Below are positions 18,940 to 28,502 of a stretch of DNA of 64,000 bases, in pieces. The notes below the pieces were generated by a model. The model saw only the letters and a list, made by a program, of their open reading frames with translations. It ran no database searches and had not been told where the DNA came from. Each line of letters begins with the position of its first letter. Position 1 is the stretch's first letter. Both the position numbers and the translations under genes were made by a program. Source of the stretch: Desulfomonilales bacterium (lineage in GTDB: Bacteria; Desulfobacterota; Desulfomonilia; Desulfomonilales; Desulfomonilaceae); assembly GCA_038205805.1 (NCBI GenBank), contig JBBRBO010000003.1, positions 33,853 to 97,852 on the forward strand, written 5' to 3'.

Positions 18940-19797
18940 CTAGTAGTAATACACCAATTCTCCAAAAATACCGGATAAGTCGGCTTCCACGTGGGTGTCT
19001 CCAGAGCGTAGGTCCATGCGAGTATACCGATACCCGCCGCGCACCGTGGCCCCCCCCATCATGGCGCCCGGAAAGCGCAGCCCACCGGCGGCTTCGTATT
19101 CAGTGACAAGAGCTTTATCGTTCCATGGGAATCGCGCCCGCAGCTCTAAACTCAGGGAGACGCTCGTAGGCGCTATAGGGTTATAGACGAAGTGAAAACC
19201 GTAGGTTGTGGGACGCTGGAAGCGAATATCCGCCGATTTCACATTTGCGATAGTATAGGTCAACCGAGATCCCTTCCAATTGATATCCGCATTTACTCCT
19301 AAGCGTAAAGAGTTAGTTTGGATCAGGTCCATGTCCGCGCCCACACGAAAGTCGGACGGCTGAAATGTTGCCCACGAGCCCTGGTAAGCGCGCAAGTAGT
19401 ATGTGTAAATATATCGCAACGAATACCGGCCTAGTTGCGTTCGCGCCGAAGTTTCAATCTGCCCCATTTTTTCCGGGAAACCGAGATCCTTTTTGAAATC
19501 GTATGTTCCGGTCGAATCGGTCAACGTTCCCGGACACAGCCGTGAATACACGCCCATGAGCCGCCCTTCACCCCTGAACCTCGAGCGCGGGGTATGCCCG
19601 TATGAGGCCTGCGTCACACCTGGAGTATCTTGTTCGCAGGCTTGCGCGAAACACGGTAATCTAGGCATCCAGTAAGCGACGGGGTCCCATAGACTAACGG
19701 AGGTCTGGGCATTGGCTACGCCGCACAGCGCTGAAACGATGAGGCAGATAAGTAAACGGAAGAGACGTATGGCGTTCGCTGTCATTGAGCGGGACAC
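18940..19797 (-). CDS. putative outer-membrane beta-barrel protein
   Basis: Signal peptide LLICLIVSALCGVANA-QT, alternating amphipathic strands, and a C-terminal aromatic end ...GELVYYY. Confidence 0.6.
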   Translation of the reverse strand: MSRSMTANAIRLFRLLICLIVSALCGVANAQTSVSLWDPVAYWMPRLPCFAQACEQDTPGVTQASYGHTPRSRFRGEGRLMGVYSRLCPGTLTDSTGTYDFKKDLGFPEKMGQIETSARTQLGRYSLRYIYTYYLRAYQGSWATFQPSDFRVGADMDLIQTNSLRLGVNADINWKGSRLTYTIANVKSADIRFQRPTTYGFHFVYNPIAPTSVSLSLELRARFPWNDKALVTEYEAAGGLRFPGAMMGGATVRGGYRYTRMDLRSGDTHVEADLSGIFGELVYYY

Positions 19798-20340
19798 TCC
19801 GGGTGACTCACTTTAAATTTTAGCTTCATTCTACTAATTTTAATAATAAATCTCAACAAAATTATTTTTACTGGCTGTGGTCCGGCCAAAATCGTCGGAG
19901 ATGCCCGCCCGAATGAAAGTATAATCGTGCTGCGGGACTGCGCGTTTCGGAATCCCTATCATGCGCAAAAGCGCATAAAATGGCAAGTGTATTCTCCCAC
20001 TGTTGGGTTGTTGAGCTTGAGACCTCTCCTCCGGGCCTCTACCTCGTAAATCCATAGGGGCGGCCATTCCATAGTAAAAGAATGCTTCTCTCTCGTGTCC
20101 TCCATCGGTCCGGCTGCATTCGATACTACAGCGCTTCCATACGGAAAGTGTGTGCACATTGCAATGGGATGGTGAATCGGCTAGACTTTTCAACAGGGAT
20201 CCAGCGGCGTCACATATGCTTTTGAGCCGGATAGATGTGAAGCTTACGCTACATGGCGAATTGTTGTCATGAGCGAACAGGGCGCCGTTTTTACATGGTA
20301 GATTCAGCAACATTGTTCTGTCTGAACGAAAGGATTGCAC

Positions 20341-21090
20341 ATGTGGGATGAACTGACCAGAAGGGAACTTATGTGGGGAACAGGCGCAGCGGCTACTCTC
20401 GGTCTGCTGGCTACGGTTTTGGACAAGGACGCTTTGGCGCAACACCCCGACAAGCAACAGCAACCCGGTCAAACCGGTCAGCCCGGTGTCTTTAAGCATA
20501 CTCTCCCGCCCCTGCCTTACCCGGAAGACGCCCTTGAGCCAATCATCGACAAGGAAACTGTGAAGATTCATCACGGCAAGCATTTTGCCGGCTACGTGAA
20601 GGGCCTGAACACGACCCTGGAAAAGCTTGATAAGGCGCGTACGGCTGGTTCATTCGACGACATAAAGTGCCTCTCCCGAGACTTGGCCTTTAACGGCTCG
20701 GGTGTGGTGCTTCATTGGATCTATTTTGCCACAATCGGCCCCAATGCCGGTGGTCAACCCAGCGGCGCGCTCGCCGACGCTATTAAACGCGACTTCGGCT
20801 CCTATGACGTCTTCTGGAAGCAGTTCGCAGCCGCAAGCAAGGCCGTTGAAGCCTCCGGTTGGGGCATCTTAGGCTGGGAGCCCTTCAGCCAACGTCTGAT
20901 CGTCATGCAGGCGGAAAAACACCAGAACCTCACAAGCTGGGGCGTTGTGCCGCTCATGGTATGCGATGTGTGGGAACATGCGTATTACCTGAAATACCAG
21001 AACCGCCGCGCCGAATATGTGGACAACTTCGCAAAGATCATTAATTGGAAAAAGGTTGAAGAGCAATTTGCACGGGTAGCTCACAGGTAA
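20341..21090 (+). CDS. Fe/Mn superoxide dismutase with a twin-arginine (Tat) signal peptide
   Basis: TRRELMWGTGAAATLGLLA is a Tat-type motif. SOD motifs HHGKHFAGYV and DVWEHAYYL are present. The ATG at 20341 has an AAAGGA RBS. Confidence 0.9.
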   Translation: MWDELTRRELMWGTGAAATLGLLATVLDKDALAQHPDKQQQPGQTGQPGVFKHTLPPLPYPEDALEPIIDKETVKIHHGKHFAGYVKGLNTTLEKLDKARTAGSFDDIKCLSRDLAFNGSGVVLHWIYFATIGPNAGGQPSGALADAIKRDFGSYDVFWKQFAAASKAVEASGWGILGWEPFSQRLIVMQAEKHQNLTSWGVVPLMVCDVWEHAYYLKYQNRRAEYVDNFAKIINWKKVEEQFARVAHR

Positions 21091-21268
21091 CTTGTGAATA
21101 GTTCACCGGGCGTTGAGACTTCTCGATGTCCGGTGAATGCAACCTTATTTGCGATCAGAAGCATCTCACGTCCTACAATGCACGATGACGTAAAGATTCT
21201 CTTTTTGCCGCTTGGGACGCTCCGACGCCTGAACGCGGTTTACCACCCTCCTCACCCATGGTAGAAAA

Positions 21269-21778
21269 ATGTTCTCCACTGATAACGAACTCCTGGAAGT
21301 CGTCGACGAGTACGACCGGATCATCGACATAGCCGCGCGTCGGCAAATCCATGCCGAGGGCCTGATGCACAGGGCGGTGTACATCTTTCTCTTCAATGAG
21401 GCCGGCGCAATCTATGTCCAACGACGTTCCGCGGACAAGGATCGGCATCCCCTCACGCTGGACAGCTCCGCTGCGGGACATGTGGATCCCGGCGAATCCT
21501 ACCGGGTCGCGGCGACACGGGAGCTGCTGGAAGAACTCGGCGTCACCGGCGCACTGACGGAACAGCTCAAGATCGCGGCGTCTACGCTCACGGATAACGA
21601 GCACGTCGTGCTCTACACCATCGTCAGTTCAGTTGAACCCCGGCCCAATCCCGAAGAGATCCTTAGCGGCGAGTTCGTCGCAGCGGATGAACTCACACGA
21701 AGGATGGAGAGCCGACCGGAAGATTACGTACCCGCATTCTTGCTGCTGTGGCGCCGGTTTCAAGGAATTGCGAGGTGA
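21269..21778 (+). CDS. NUDIX hydrolase
   Basis: Nudix box GHVDPGESYRVAATRELLEELGV. Confidence 0.85.
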   Translation: MFSTDNELLEVVDEYDRIIDIAARRQIHAEGLMHRAVYIFLFNEAGAIYVQRRSADKDRHPLTLDSSAAGHVDPGESYRVAATRELLEELGVTGALTEQLKIAASTLTDNEHVVLYTIVSSVEPRPNPEEILSGEFVAADELTRRMESRPEDYVPAFLLLWRRFQGIAR

Positions 21779-22230
21779 GAGCCGTGATTCAGCGGGTGTC
21801 CCGGGCATCTGTGCGGATTCAGGAGGAAACCGTAGCAGAAATCAGCGTGGGTCTTCTCGTTCTGTTGGCGGTGGCAAACGGTGACGGTCGCGAGCAGGCG
21901 GCATGGCTGGCGGAAAAGATCTCCGGTTTGCGCATCTTCCCGGATTCAGACGGAAAAATGAACCTGGACATCCGGCAAATAAAGGGTGAAGCGCTGATAG
22001 TATCGCAATTTACCCTCTACGGAGAGTGCCGTAAAGGCAAACGACCCTCGTACACCGACTCAGCGCCTCCTGAGGCGGCAGAGGCTCTTTACCATGCGTT
22101 CATACAGGCCGTAGCTGAAGGAGGCATACCCGTCCAAACCGGACGCTTCGGCGCAATGATGCAGGTGGCGCTTGTAAACGACGGACCCGTAACCCTCATT
22201 CTCGATGCGCCTAAACCGATCATGAAGTAA
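21775..22230 (+). CDS. dtd: D-aminoacyl-tRNA deacylase
   Basis: The protein reads (M)RAVIQRVSRASV..., with a SQFTLYG motif. The GTG start overlaps the NUDIX stop (GTGA). Confidence 0.9.
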   Translation: MRAVIQRVSRASVRIQEETVAEISVGLLVLLAVANGDGREQAAWLAEKISGLRIFPDSDGKMNLDIRQIKGEALIVSQFTLYGECRKGKRPSYTDSAPPEAAEALYHAFIQAVAEGGIPVQTGRFGAMMQVALVNDGPVTLILDAPKPIMK

Positions 22231-22324
22231 ACCATGTGTCCGGTTATCTCGACAGGCGTAGAGACGCGGCTTTCAGCGGGAGTTGCACGGGATGTGACGG
22301 TGCAATCCGACCACTCGCAATGCG

Positions 22325-22828
22325 TTAAACGCCCTCTGAATGATTACCTATTCGATATTCGACGCCCTTAATCGTCAACGAAAACGTCTCGTTGTCCTCC
22401 GAGGAAATGTAGGTTGCAAGCTGATAATAAGCGGGTCGTGAGAAGCGAGCCGTAAAGCGGGCGTCCTTCACATGCACGTACGGCACGTTGTCGCGGCCGA
22501 TGCGGAGCCCTTCAGCCGATAACGGTTCCGTGGTCCCGTCATTCAGTTCGAGGAGAATATCGCCCGTGCGGTCTTCCGTGACTCCCAGCACCACGAACGG
22601 AGCGTCTTCCACCTCGACGGGACAAATCTGCTCGCCCATTCGCACTTGGTATTCACCACTTGGGGTCTTTTCCAAGGCGCTGTTCAAAAAGCGGTAAATC
22701 TCTTTGTGGACTATTTCTCGCCCGTTCTGAAACCAGCGCCCATCCTTGTGAATAACGAGCTTAACACCACCATCAGGCGGAGAAACTGCTGCGCTGTTTC
22801 CAGGAGCTTCGGTCATGTATGCGTCCAA
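22325..22828 (-). CDS. DUF1285 family protein
   Basis: IHKDGRWFQNGREIVHKEIYRFLNSAL...VEVEDAPFVV matches my memory of the DUF1285 pattern. Confidence 0.6.
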   Translation of the reverse strand: MDAYMTEAPGNSAAVSPPDGGVKLVIHKDGRWFQNGREIVHKEIYRFLNSALEKTPSGEYQVRMGEQICPVEVEDAPFVVLGVTEDRTGDILLELNDGTTEPLSAEGLRIGRDNVPYVHVKDARFTARFSRPAYYQLATYISSEDNETFSLTIKGVEYRIGNHSEGV

Positions 22829-23065
22829 ACTAGAAGATTTTCAGCTTGTTGAGGCGCCGCTCTCGTGAGCGCCGGCTCACTAAGCGCACTATATCAGCCT
22901 GGGTTTCGTGAAGCAAACGCTTTCGATAACGGTTGACGGGGCTTAATGCGCTCTGCGCCGGGTGGCGGGAAGGCGAATTCATCTTTGCTCGGAAACCGCT
23001 CTTCACTAATTCCAGCGGTAGGCGCATCTCCTGAACAATTGCGGGTCATTCCCCACCGGGCTGCG

Positions 23066-25126
23066 TTACCATAACGCCGTCTGTCGCTTCTGATGCACCT
23101 TGCTGTAGGCCCTATAGCCCGCAAGCACCTTTTTCACATACTGACGGGTTTCCGCGTATGGGATGCTCTCGATGAATTCCTCGGGCTTGAGTTTCCCCGA
23201 TCTGTTGACCCACTGCTTCACCTTGCGAATGTCCGCGTTGTAAGCTGCGATGGCGGGAATCATCTTGCCGTGAAATACCTCGAGGTTTTTCGCCAACATA
23301 CGCACGCCGTGGCGAACGTTTTTCGACGGATCAAGCGCTTCCTCTATCACCTTTGTGCCGGGTTTGGTGTTCGGTTTCACCAAGCCTGCGGATGCCGGCA
23401 TAATCTGCATGAGGCCTAGTGCGCCGGCCGGAGAAACTGCGGACGCGTCGTAGCGGCTTTCCTGACGAATAATCGCCCACACTAGATAAGGATCCACCGA
23501 CATTTTCTGAGCTATAGACGTAGTTTCAGCGTGGAAAACCCTTGGAAACGCTATCTCGACAAACTCAGCGGGAGCGTCTTCCGGGGGATTGGTGGTGAGT
23601 CCTCCGAATCCTGCCGTCAGAATATCAAGAGCCCGTGCGTGCCGTCCCGCTCTATAATACGCCTTGGCAAAAAGAAACGCCATCTCAGGCGAGTTTCGGA
23701 TGCCGCGCGGCAGCGCGTCCATATTCAGCGCTGCCAAGTCATACAACCCGTGCTGCAGCAATTTTACGGCCGCCGCAACATTGGGATTCTTGAGCTGGGC
23801 TTCCGTGAGTTGCAGATTCGGAAACGGCTGGGAGCGCTTCGGCGTCTCACAAGAGATTCCGCGCGCCTTAAGTCGGCGTTCCGCTTCTCCACCGTAGTAA
23901 TCCAAGGGAGTCGCCGCAACAATACCCTTGAGAATGGGTTCGGCTTCTTTTGCCTTGCCCACCTGCATCAGAGATCGAGCTTGCCAGTACTTCGCCGCAG
24001 CATCCAGCTTCGAACCGGGACTTATTGCGCCCGCCTGCTTAAAGAGATCCGCAGCCGAGGCGTATCGCCGTCCCCAATAATGGATCCAAGCGAGTCGCCA
24101 TTTAATATCCGAGCGAGTCTGAGCGTCCGGATGCAGTATCAGCAACTTTTTGTAGTGAGATTCGGCTTGCGAGTAGCGTTTTTTTTCGAGATAAAAGCCC
24201 GCCAGATTGAACAGCCCTTTTCTCTTAAGTTTGGTCGGCGCTTTCGCAATGAGTTGGGCGCTGGTGTCTAAAAACTCCTTTTCCTTGTCCAGACGCCAAT
24301 ACACGAGACTCATGATGTAAAGCGCTTCGCTGCGGTCGTTCACTGAAGGATTTTCCGCCAAAACTTCTTTCAGGACACGCAACGACTCCTGATTTTGCCG
24401 CGCCTTGAACCGGCATCTCCCCAATTTTACCTTGAGAGCTGCATCTTTCAGCCTACTCTGAAGCAACGACGCATAGATTTCACCTGCGAGATCGAAGCGT
24501 CCCTTTGCGAACAGGCGATCCGCACGAGCGTTTTGTTCCGCTTCAGTGTAGTCGATTTTCACCACTTTTCCGCGGGTCACCATCTCAGCGAGCCGCTCGG
24601 TCGCCCTGAGCCCCTGAATGGATGCGGGATATTCAAGGTACAATTTCCGATAACCCGCCACCGCTTCATCAACGGTGTGCACACTATTCTGAAAATCGGC
24701 GAGTTTCAGCAGCAACGAGGGCTTTTCCCTTTCCGAGGCCTTAAATAATGCTGATTGCAAAAGAGGGATCACTTCACGATTGCCCTGTCCAAGGAGCGCA
24801 TCAACCAGGAGCAATTTTGCGGTATCATTGTAGACACTATCCGGATACGCCTTCTGGAACGCCCGCAGCTCGCTTTCAGCCTTGTCATACACCTTGGCGC
24901 CGAGATAAAACTTCGCCAACGAAATGTACGCCGCCGGCCCGAAGATTGGGTCCGTGTACGTTTGCTTCAGCAGGTCCGCCGCTTGGGTTCCTGCGCGGGA
25001 CTCGAGTAGCTTCATTCCACGCGCAAATTGATCCTCGACGCTCTCCCCATACACTGGAAGAGCCGTGAACAGTATGCACAACCACAATGTGGTGAACGCA
25101 TAGAGTCTGCGGTTTAGACCCCGCAT
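23066..25126 (-). CDS. slt: soluble lytic murein transglycosylase (Slt70-like, superhelical/TPR N-domain plus SLT domain)
   Basis: Catalytic region IIRQESRYDASAVSPAGALGLMQIMP. The signal peptide MRGLNRRLYAFTTLWLCILFTALPVYG suggests a start at 25126. The ORF is open to 25273. Confidence 0.85.
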   Translation of the reverse strand: MRGLNRRLYAFTTLWLCILFTALPVYGESVEDQFARGMKLLESRAGTQAADLLKQTYTDPIFGPAAYISLAKFYLGAKVYDKAESELRAFQKAYPDSVYNDTAKLLLVDALLGQGNREVIPLLQSALFKASEREKPSLLLKLADFQNSVHTVDEAVAGYRKLYLEYPASIQGLRATERLAEMVTRGKVVKIDYTEAEQNARADRLFAKGRFDLAGEIYASLLQSRLKDAALKVKLGRCRFKARQNQESLRVLKEVLAENPSVNDRSEALYIMSLVYWRLDKEKEFLDTSAQLIAKAPTKLKRKGLFNLAGFYLEKKRYSQAESHYKKLLILHPDAQTRSDIKWRLAWIHYWGRRYASAADLFKQAGAISPGSKLDAAAKYWQARSLMQVGKAKEAEPILKGIVAATPLDYYGGEAERRLKARGISCETPKRSQPFPNLQLTEAQLKNPNVAAAVKLLQHGLYDLAALNMDALPRGIRNSPEMAFLFAKAYYRAGRHARALDILTAGFGGLTTNPPEDAPAEFVEIAFPRVFHAETTSIAQKMSVDPYLVWAIIRQESRYDASAVSPAGALGLMQIMPASAGLVKPNTKPGTKVIEEALDPSKNVRHGVRMLAKNLEVFHGKMIPAIAAYNADIRKVKQWVNRSGKLKPEEFIESIPYAETRQYVKKVLAGYRAYSKVHQKRQTALW

Positions 25127-25486
25127 AGACACAATAACATCGCCGAATGCCATGATTTTCTCGATTGGTTGGTTCCCTGTGACGGATTCCCCGAGGAGTG
25201 GACCCCCATGAGGCCCTGTTACCACGTATCGGAGCCCGGAAGCTCCATGCGTAATCAATTCAGGCTCATTCAATATAGTCTACAACCACTACTTTAAAAA
25301 GTCTACGGTGACCGAAAAATAGCGGCAATGACGCCTGAGCACGGTCACATAGCTGGATTGGATGTCTCTACAAGCCGTGGTGTCGTTCGCATTCACGTGG
25401 AGAAGCGTCCCCCACTGTAGCTGCTCACCGAGCAGGCCCCGCCGGCCTACTCCACCTGAATTAATCGCCTATTCCTTAGCCTGCAC

Positions 25487-25525
25487 AACGCGTAACAGGG
25501 GGCTTGTTTTACCTACGCGTTTTTT
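25487..25525 (+). terminator. orphan terminator-like hairpin in the slt/pilT divergent intergenic region
   Basis: AACGCGTA - 19 nt - TACGCGTT followed by TTTTT. No + strand gene lies upstream. Confidence 0.35.
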
Positions 25526-25689
25526 GTAGTGTGAACACTTCACGTTAGCGACACGAACATCACCGTTCACCGGGAGCGGTCCAACCACATGCAGTGACGG
25601 TGGTGTGGACCGAAGGGAGATGCGTTCCCGCCGAGATGCGCCCGCCGCGGAGCGTTTAAAGCCCGGTGAACCAGTGCATAGGGACTATT

Positions 25690-26733
25690 ATGGCCGCGTT
25701 GGACGCTGTTTTGCAAATGGCTGCGAAGGCAAAGGCTTCGGATGTGCATGTCACAACCGGCGCCCCATACATCATTCGTCAGTGTGGGCGGCTCAAGAAG
25801 GTCAATTCACCCGAACTTACCGCCGCCCAGAGCAAAGCCCTCATCTACGAGATATTAACTCCCGTTCAGCGGAAGGTGCTCGAAACCAAGCTTCAACTGG
25901 ACTTCAGTTACGACATCAAAGGTGTGGGAAGGTTTCGCGGCAACGTCATCGTGCAGCGTCGCGGCATGGACGCCACCTTTAGGATCATTCCGCCTGCGAT
26001 TCCCAGCCTCGAACAACTAGGGCTACCGGCTGTCGTAAAAAAGTTCTGTGATTTTCACCAGGGATTGCTGCTCGTAACGGGAGCCACCGGTCAAGGAAAA
26101 TCCACGACCCTGGCTTCCATGATCGACCTGATTAACTCGACCCGACCGGTTCATATCCTCACAATAGAAGACCCCATCGAATTCATCCACCCCATAAAGA
26201 AGGGCATTGTAAATCAAAGGCAATTGGGCGGTCACACGAAATCATTCGAGAACGCCCTCAAGGCTGCCCTAAGGGAAGACCCCGACGTCATCATGGTGGG
26301 CGAGTTGCGGGACCTGGAGTCCATCCGTCTCGCCATCACCGCAGGTGAAACGGGCCACCTCGTCATCGGCACCTTGGCCACGTCTTCCGGCCCCAAAACC
26401 GTGGATCGCATTATTGATTCCTTTCCCGCTGATGAGCAAAACCAAATCCGAACCATGCTTGCGGAAGGGCTCAGGGCGGTAATGACGCAAAAATTGCTAC
26501 CCACCCCGGACGGCAAGGCGCAGATCCTTGCCACGGAGATCATGGTCGGCACAATGCCGTTAGCCAACCTCATCCGGTCGGAAAAAACATACCAAATACC
26601 ATCCATCATGCAGACCGGCAGGGCGCAAGGAATGCAATCCATGGATGATTCAATCGCTCAGCTCCTTCAGACCGGCAAAATAACAAAGGAAACCGCTTGG
26701 GAATACGCTGAAAACAAGAAGCGGTTCGCATAA
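25690..26733 (+). CDS. pilT: type IV pilus retraction ATPase PilT
   Basis: ASDVHV N-terminal motif, Walker A GATGQGKST, Asp box ILTIEDPIEF and Walker B VIMVGELRD. Confidence 0.9.
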   Translation: MAALDAVLQMAAKAKASDVHVTTGAPYIIRQCGRLKKVNSPELTAAQSKALIYEILTPVQRKVLETKLQLDFSYDIKGVGRFRGNVIVQRRGMDATFRIIPPAIPSLEQLGLPAVVKKFCDFHQGLLLVTGATGQGKSTTLASMIDLINSTRPVHILTIEDPIEFIHPIKKGIVNQRQLGGHTKSFENALKAALREDPDVIMVGELRDLESIRLAITAGETGHLVIGTLATSSGPKTVDRIIDSFPADEQNQIRTMLAEGLRAVMTQKLLPTPDGKAQILATEIMVGTMPLANLIRSEKTYQIPSIMQTGRAQGMQSMDDSIAQLLQTGKITKETAWEYAENKKRFA

Positions 26734-26747
26734 GCACGGGGAACTCG

Positions 26748-27818
26748 ATGCCCAAACTCGATGCGCTATTCACGGAAATGATTCGGGCAGGGGCCTCGGA
26801 TTTGCACATGGTTCCCGGGCTACCGCCGATGTTGCGGCTTAAGGGCGACCTGAATCCCACCAAACACGGCCCACTCAGCCACAAAATCAACGAACAGCTC
26901 TTCTTCGAGATCATGTCACCGGAGCAACAAGGGCGCATTCGGCAAAACCTCGATCTGGACATGGCCTATGAAGTCTCAGGGCTCGCCCGATTCCGCTGCA
27001 ACTTCTTCTATCAACTTCGGGGACTCTCCGCAGTGTTTCGTCAAATCCCTACAAAGATTGCGACGTTGGCGGATTTAGGTATGCCCCCGGGCGTGCAGTC
27101 CATTCTCAATATTCGAAAGGGATTGGTGCTCGTCACCGGCCCGACGGGCTCAGGCAAGTCTACGACATTGGCGGCCATTATCGATCACGTGAACTCCACG
27201 CAGGAGCGGCACATCATTACCATCGAGGACCCGCTGGAGTTCGTGCATGAAAACAAGAAGGCCCTCATTACGCAACGGGAGATCGGCGCACACGCGCACA
27301 CCTTTGCGGACGCGCTCCGAGTGGCCTCTCGCGAAGACCCCGACATCATTCTCGTGGGCGAGATGCGCGACCTTGAGACCATCAGTCTGGCCCTCACCTG
27401 CGCTGAACTCGGTATTCTCGTGTTCGGGACGCTGCATACAAACTCGGCGGTCAAGACTATCGACCGCATCATCAACGCTTTCCCGGCGAATCAGCAGAAT
27501 CAAATTCGCAGTATGCTCAGTGACTCCCTCAAGGGAGTGCTCGCTCAGCAATTGCTCAAAACCGCAGACGGAAAAGGACGCTGCGCGGCAGTGGAAATTC
27601 TGTTGAGCGGCTCGGCCATCGGTAATCTCATCCGTGAAGGGAAGCTCTCGCAGATAGCGTCCGCCATTCAGACGGGCTCGAGTGAGGGCATGCAAACCAT
27701 GGATCAGGCGTTGCAGCACTTGGTGGATCAGCGGCGCATCACCCCGGAGGACGCCTACTGGAAGGCCATCGACAAAAGCCTCTTTGTGGGACAGTGCTCG
27801 GGTTCAGTCCCCGAATAG
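26748..27818 (+). CDS. second PilT/PilU-family ATPase
   Basis: ASDLHM, GPTGSGKST, ITIEDPLEF and IILVGEMRD. It lies 14 nt downstream of pilT. Confidence 0.9.
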   Translation: MPKLDALFTEMIRAGASDLHMVPGLPPMLRLKGDLNPTKHGPLSHKINEQLFFEIMSPEQQGRIRQNLDLDMAYEVSGLARFRCNFFYQLRGLSAVFRQIPTKIATLADLGMPPGVQSILNIRKGLVLVTGPTGSGKSTTLAAIIDHVNSTQERHIITIEDPLEFVHENKKALITQREIGAHAHTFADALRVASREDPDIILVGEMRDLETISLALTCAELGILVFGTLHTNSAVKTIDRIINAFPANQQNQIRSMLSDSLKGVLAQQLLKTADGKGRCAAVEILLSGSAIGNLIREGKLSQIASAIQTGSSEGMQTMDQALQHLVDQRRITPEDAYWKAIDKSLFVGQCSGSVPE

Positions 27819-27953
27819 TAAGCGCCCGCGACTAATTCCGTAAACAAACTACACTATCGGACATGGGGCAGGCCACGTGGAACGATTCAACACTATACCC
27901 ATAGAGCGTCATAATGGACGGTGAGTTACTTCACGCTACCAGCCTGAAATTTA

Positions 27954-27982
27954 TTGACACTTAATTGACGTTCGCACATAAT
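27954..27982 (+). promoter_or_regulatory. near-consensus sigma70 promoter
   Basis: TTGACA - 17 nt - CATAAT. It lies ~190 nt upstream of the 28177 ORF. Confidence 0.5.
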
Positions 27983-28176
27983 TGTAACATCCTAGTATGA
28001 ACTGCTTTCACGGCGCACTGAGAAACCATTCAAAGTTTGCCTAGGCGTAACAATTAGTATGAGTGACCGTCGCTCATCTATCGCACACAGAGTTCTTCAG
28101 AGGAACGGCGACAACATGACGTATGTGGACTGCCCGAAAGCATACGATCATTAATTGCATAGCATAGGAGAAAGAT

Positions 28177-28410
28177 ATGAAGAGAGTAGTTGTTATTTTA
28201 GCGGGATTGGCCTTTTTAGGTTCGGCGCCTCTCGCGTTGGCTCGCGACGCTAATAGAGACGCCCTCTGGGCGACGACAAAAGCACGGCAGGGCGCTCAGA
28301 CCGCCGCCGTAACTAAACAAAAGAAAGAAGCCTCAAAGGACTTTGTTAAAGTTCCCGACAAGCCGATGAAGGCCAAGAAAGCAAAGAGCGGCAAGAAAAA
28401 AGGCGCATAA
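28177..28410 (+). CDS. small secreted Lys-rich protein (77 aa)
   Basis: AGGAGAAAG RBS, signal peptide VVILAGLAFLGSAPLALA, a lysine-rich tail, and its own terminator. Confidence 0.7.
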   Translation: MKRVVVILAGLAFLGSAPLALARDANRDALWATTKARQGAQTAAVTKQKKEASKDFVKVPDKPMKAKKAKSGKKKGA

Positions 28411-28421
28411 AGACACTCAGG

Positions 28422-28448
28422 AGAGGCCTTCGGGCCTCTTTTAATTTT
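28422..28448 (+). terminator. rho-independent terminator
   Basis: AGAGGCC-TTCG-GGCCTCT followed by TTTTAATTTT. Confidence 0.8.
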
Positions 28449-28502
28449 CCGCTCCGCGCACACAGATTGCTTCGGCCGCAAACTGAGCGTTTTCCTCCCT
28501 AT

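Noticed and set aside
19840-20583. 247-aa minus-strand ORF spanning the OMP/SOD intergenic region and the SOD 5' end
   Set aside because: It has no RBS and no motifs, and it overlaps the well-supported Tat-signal SOD start. The region is more likely a promoter/leader for sod.
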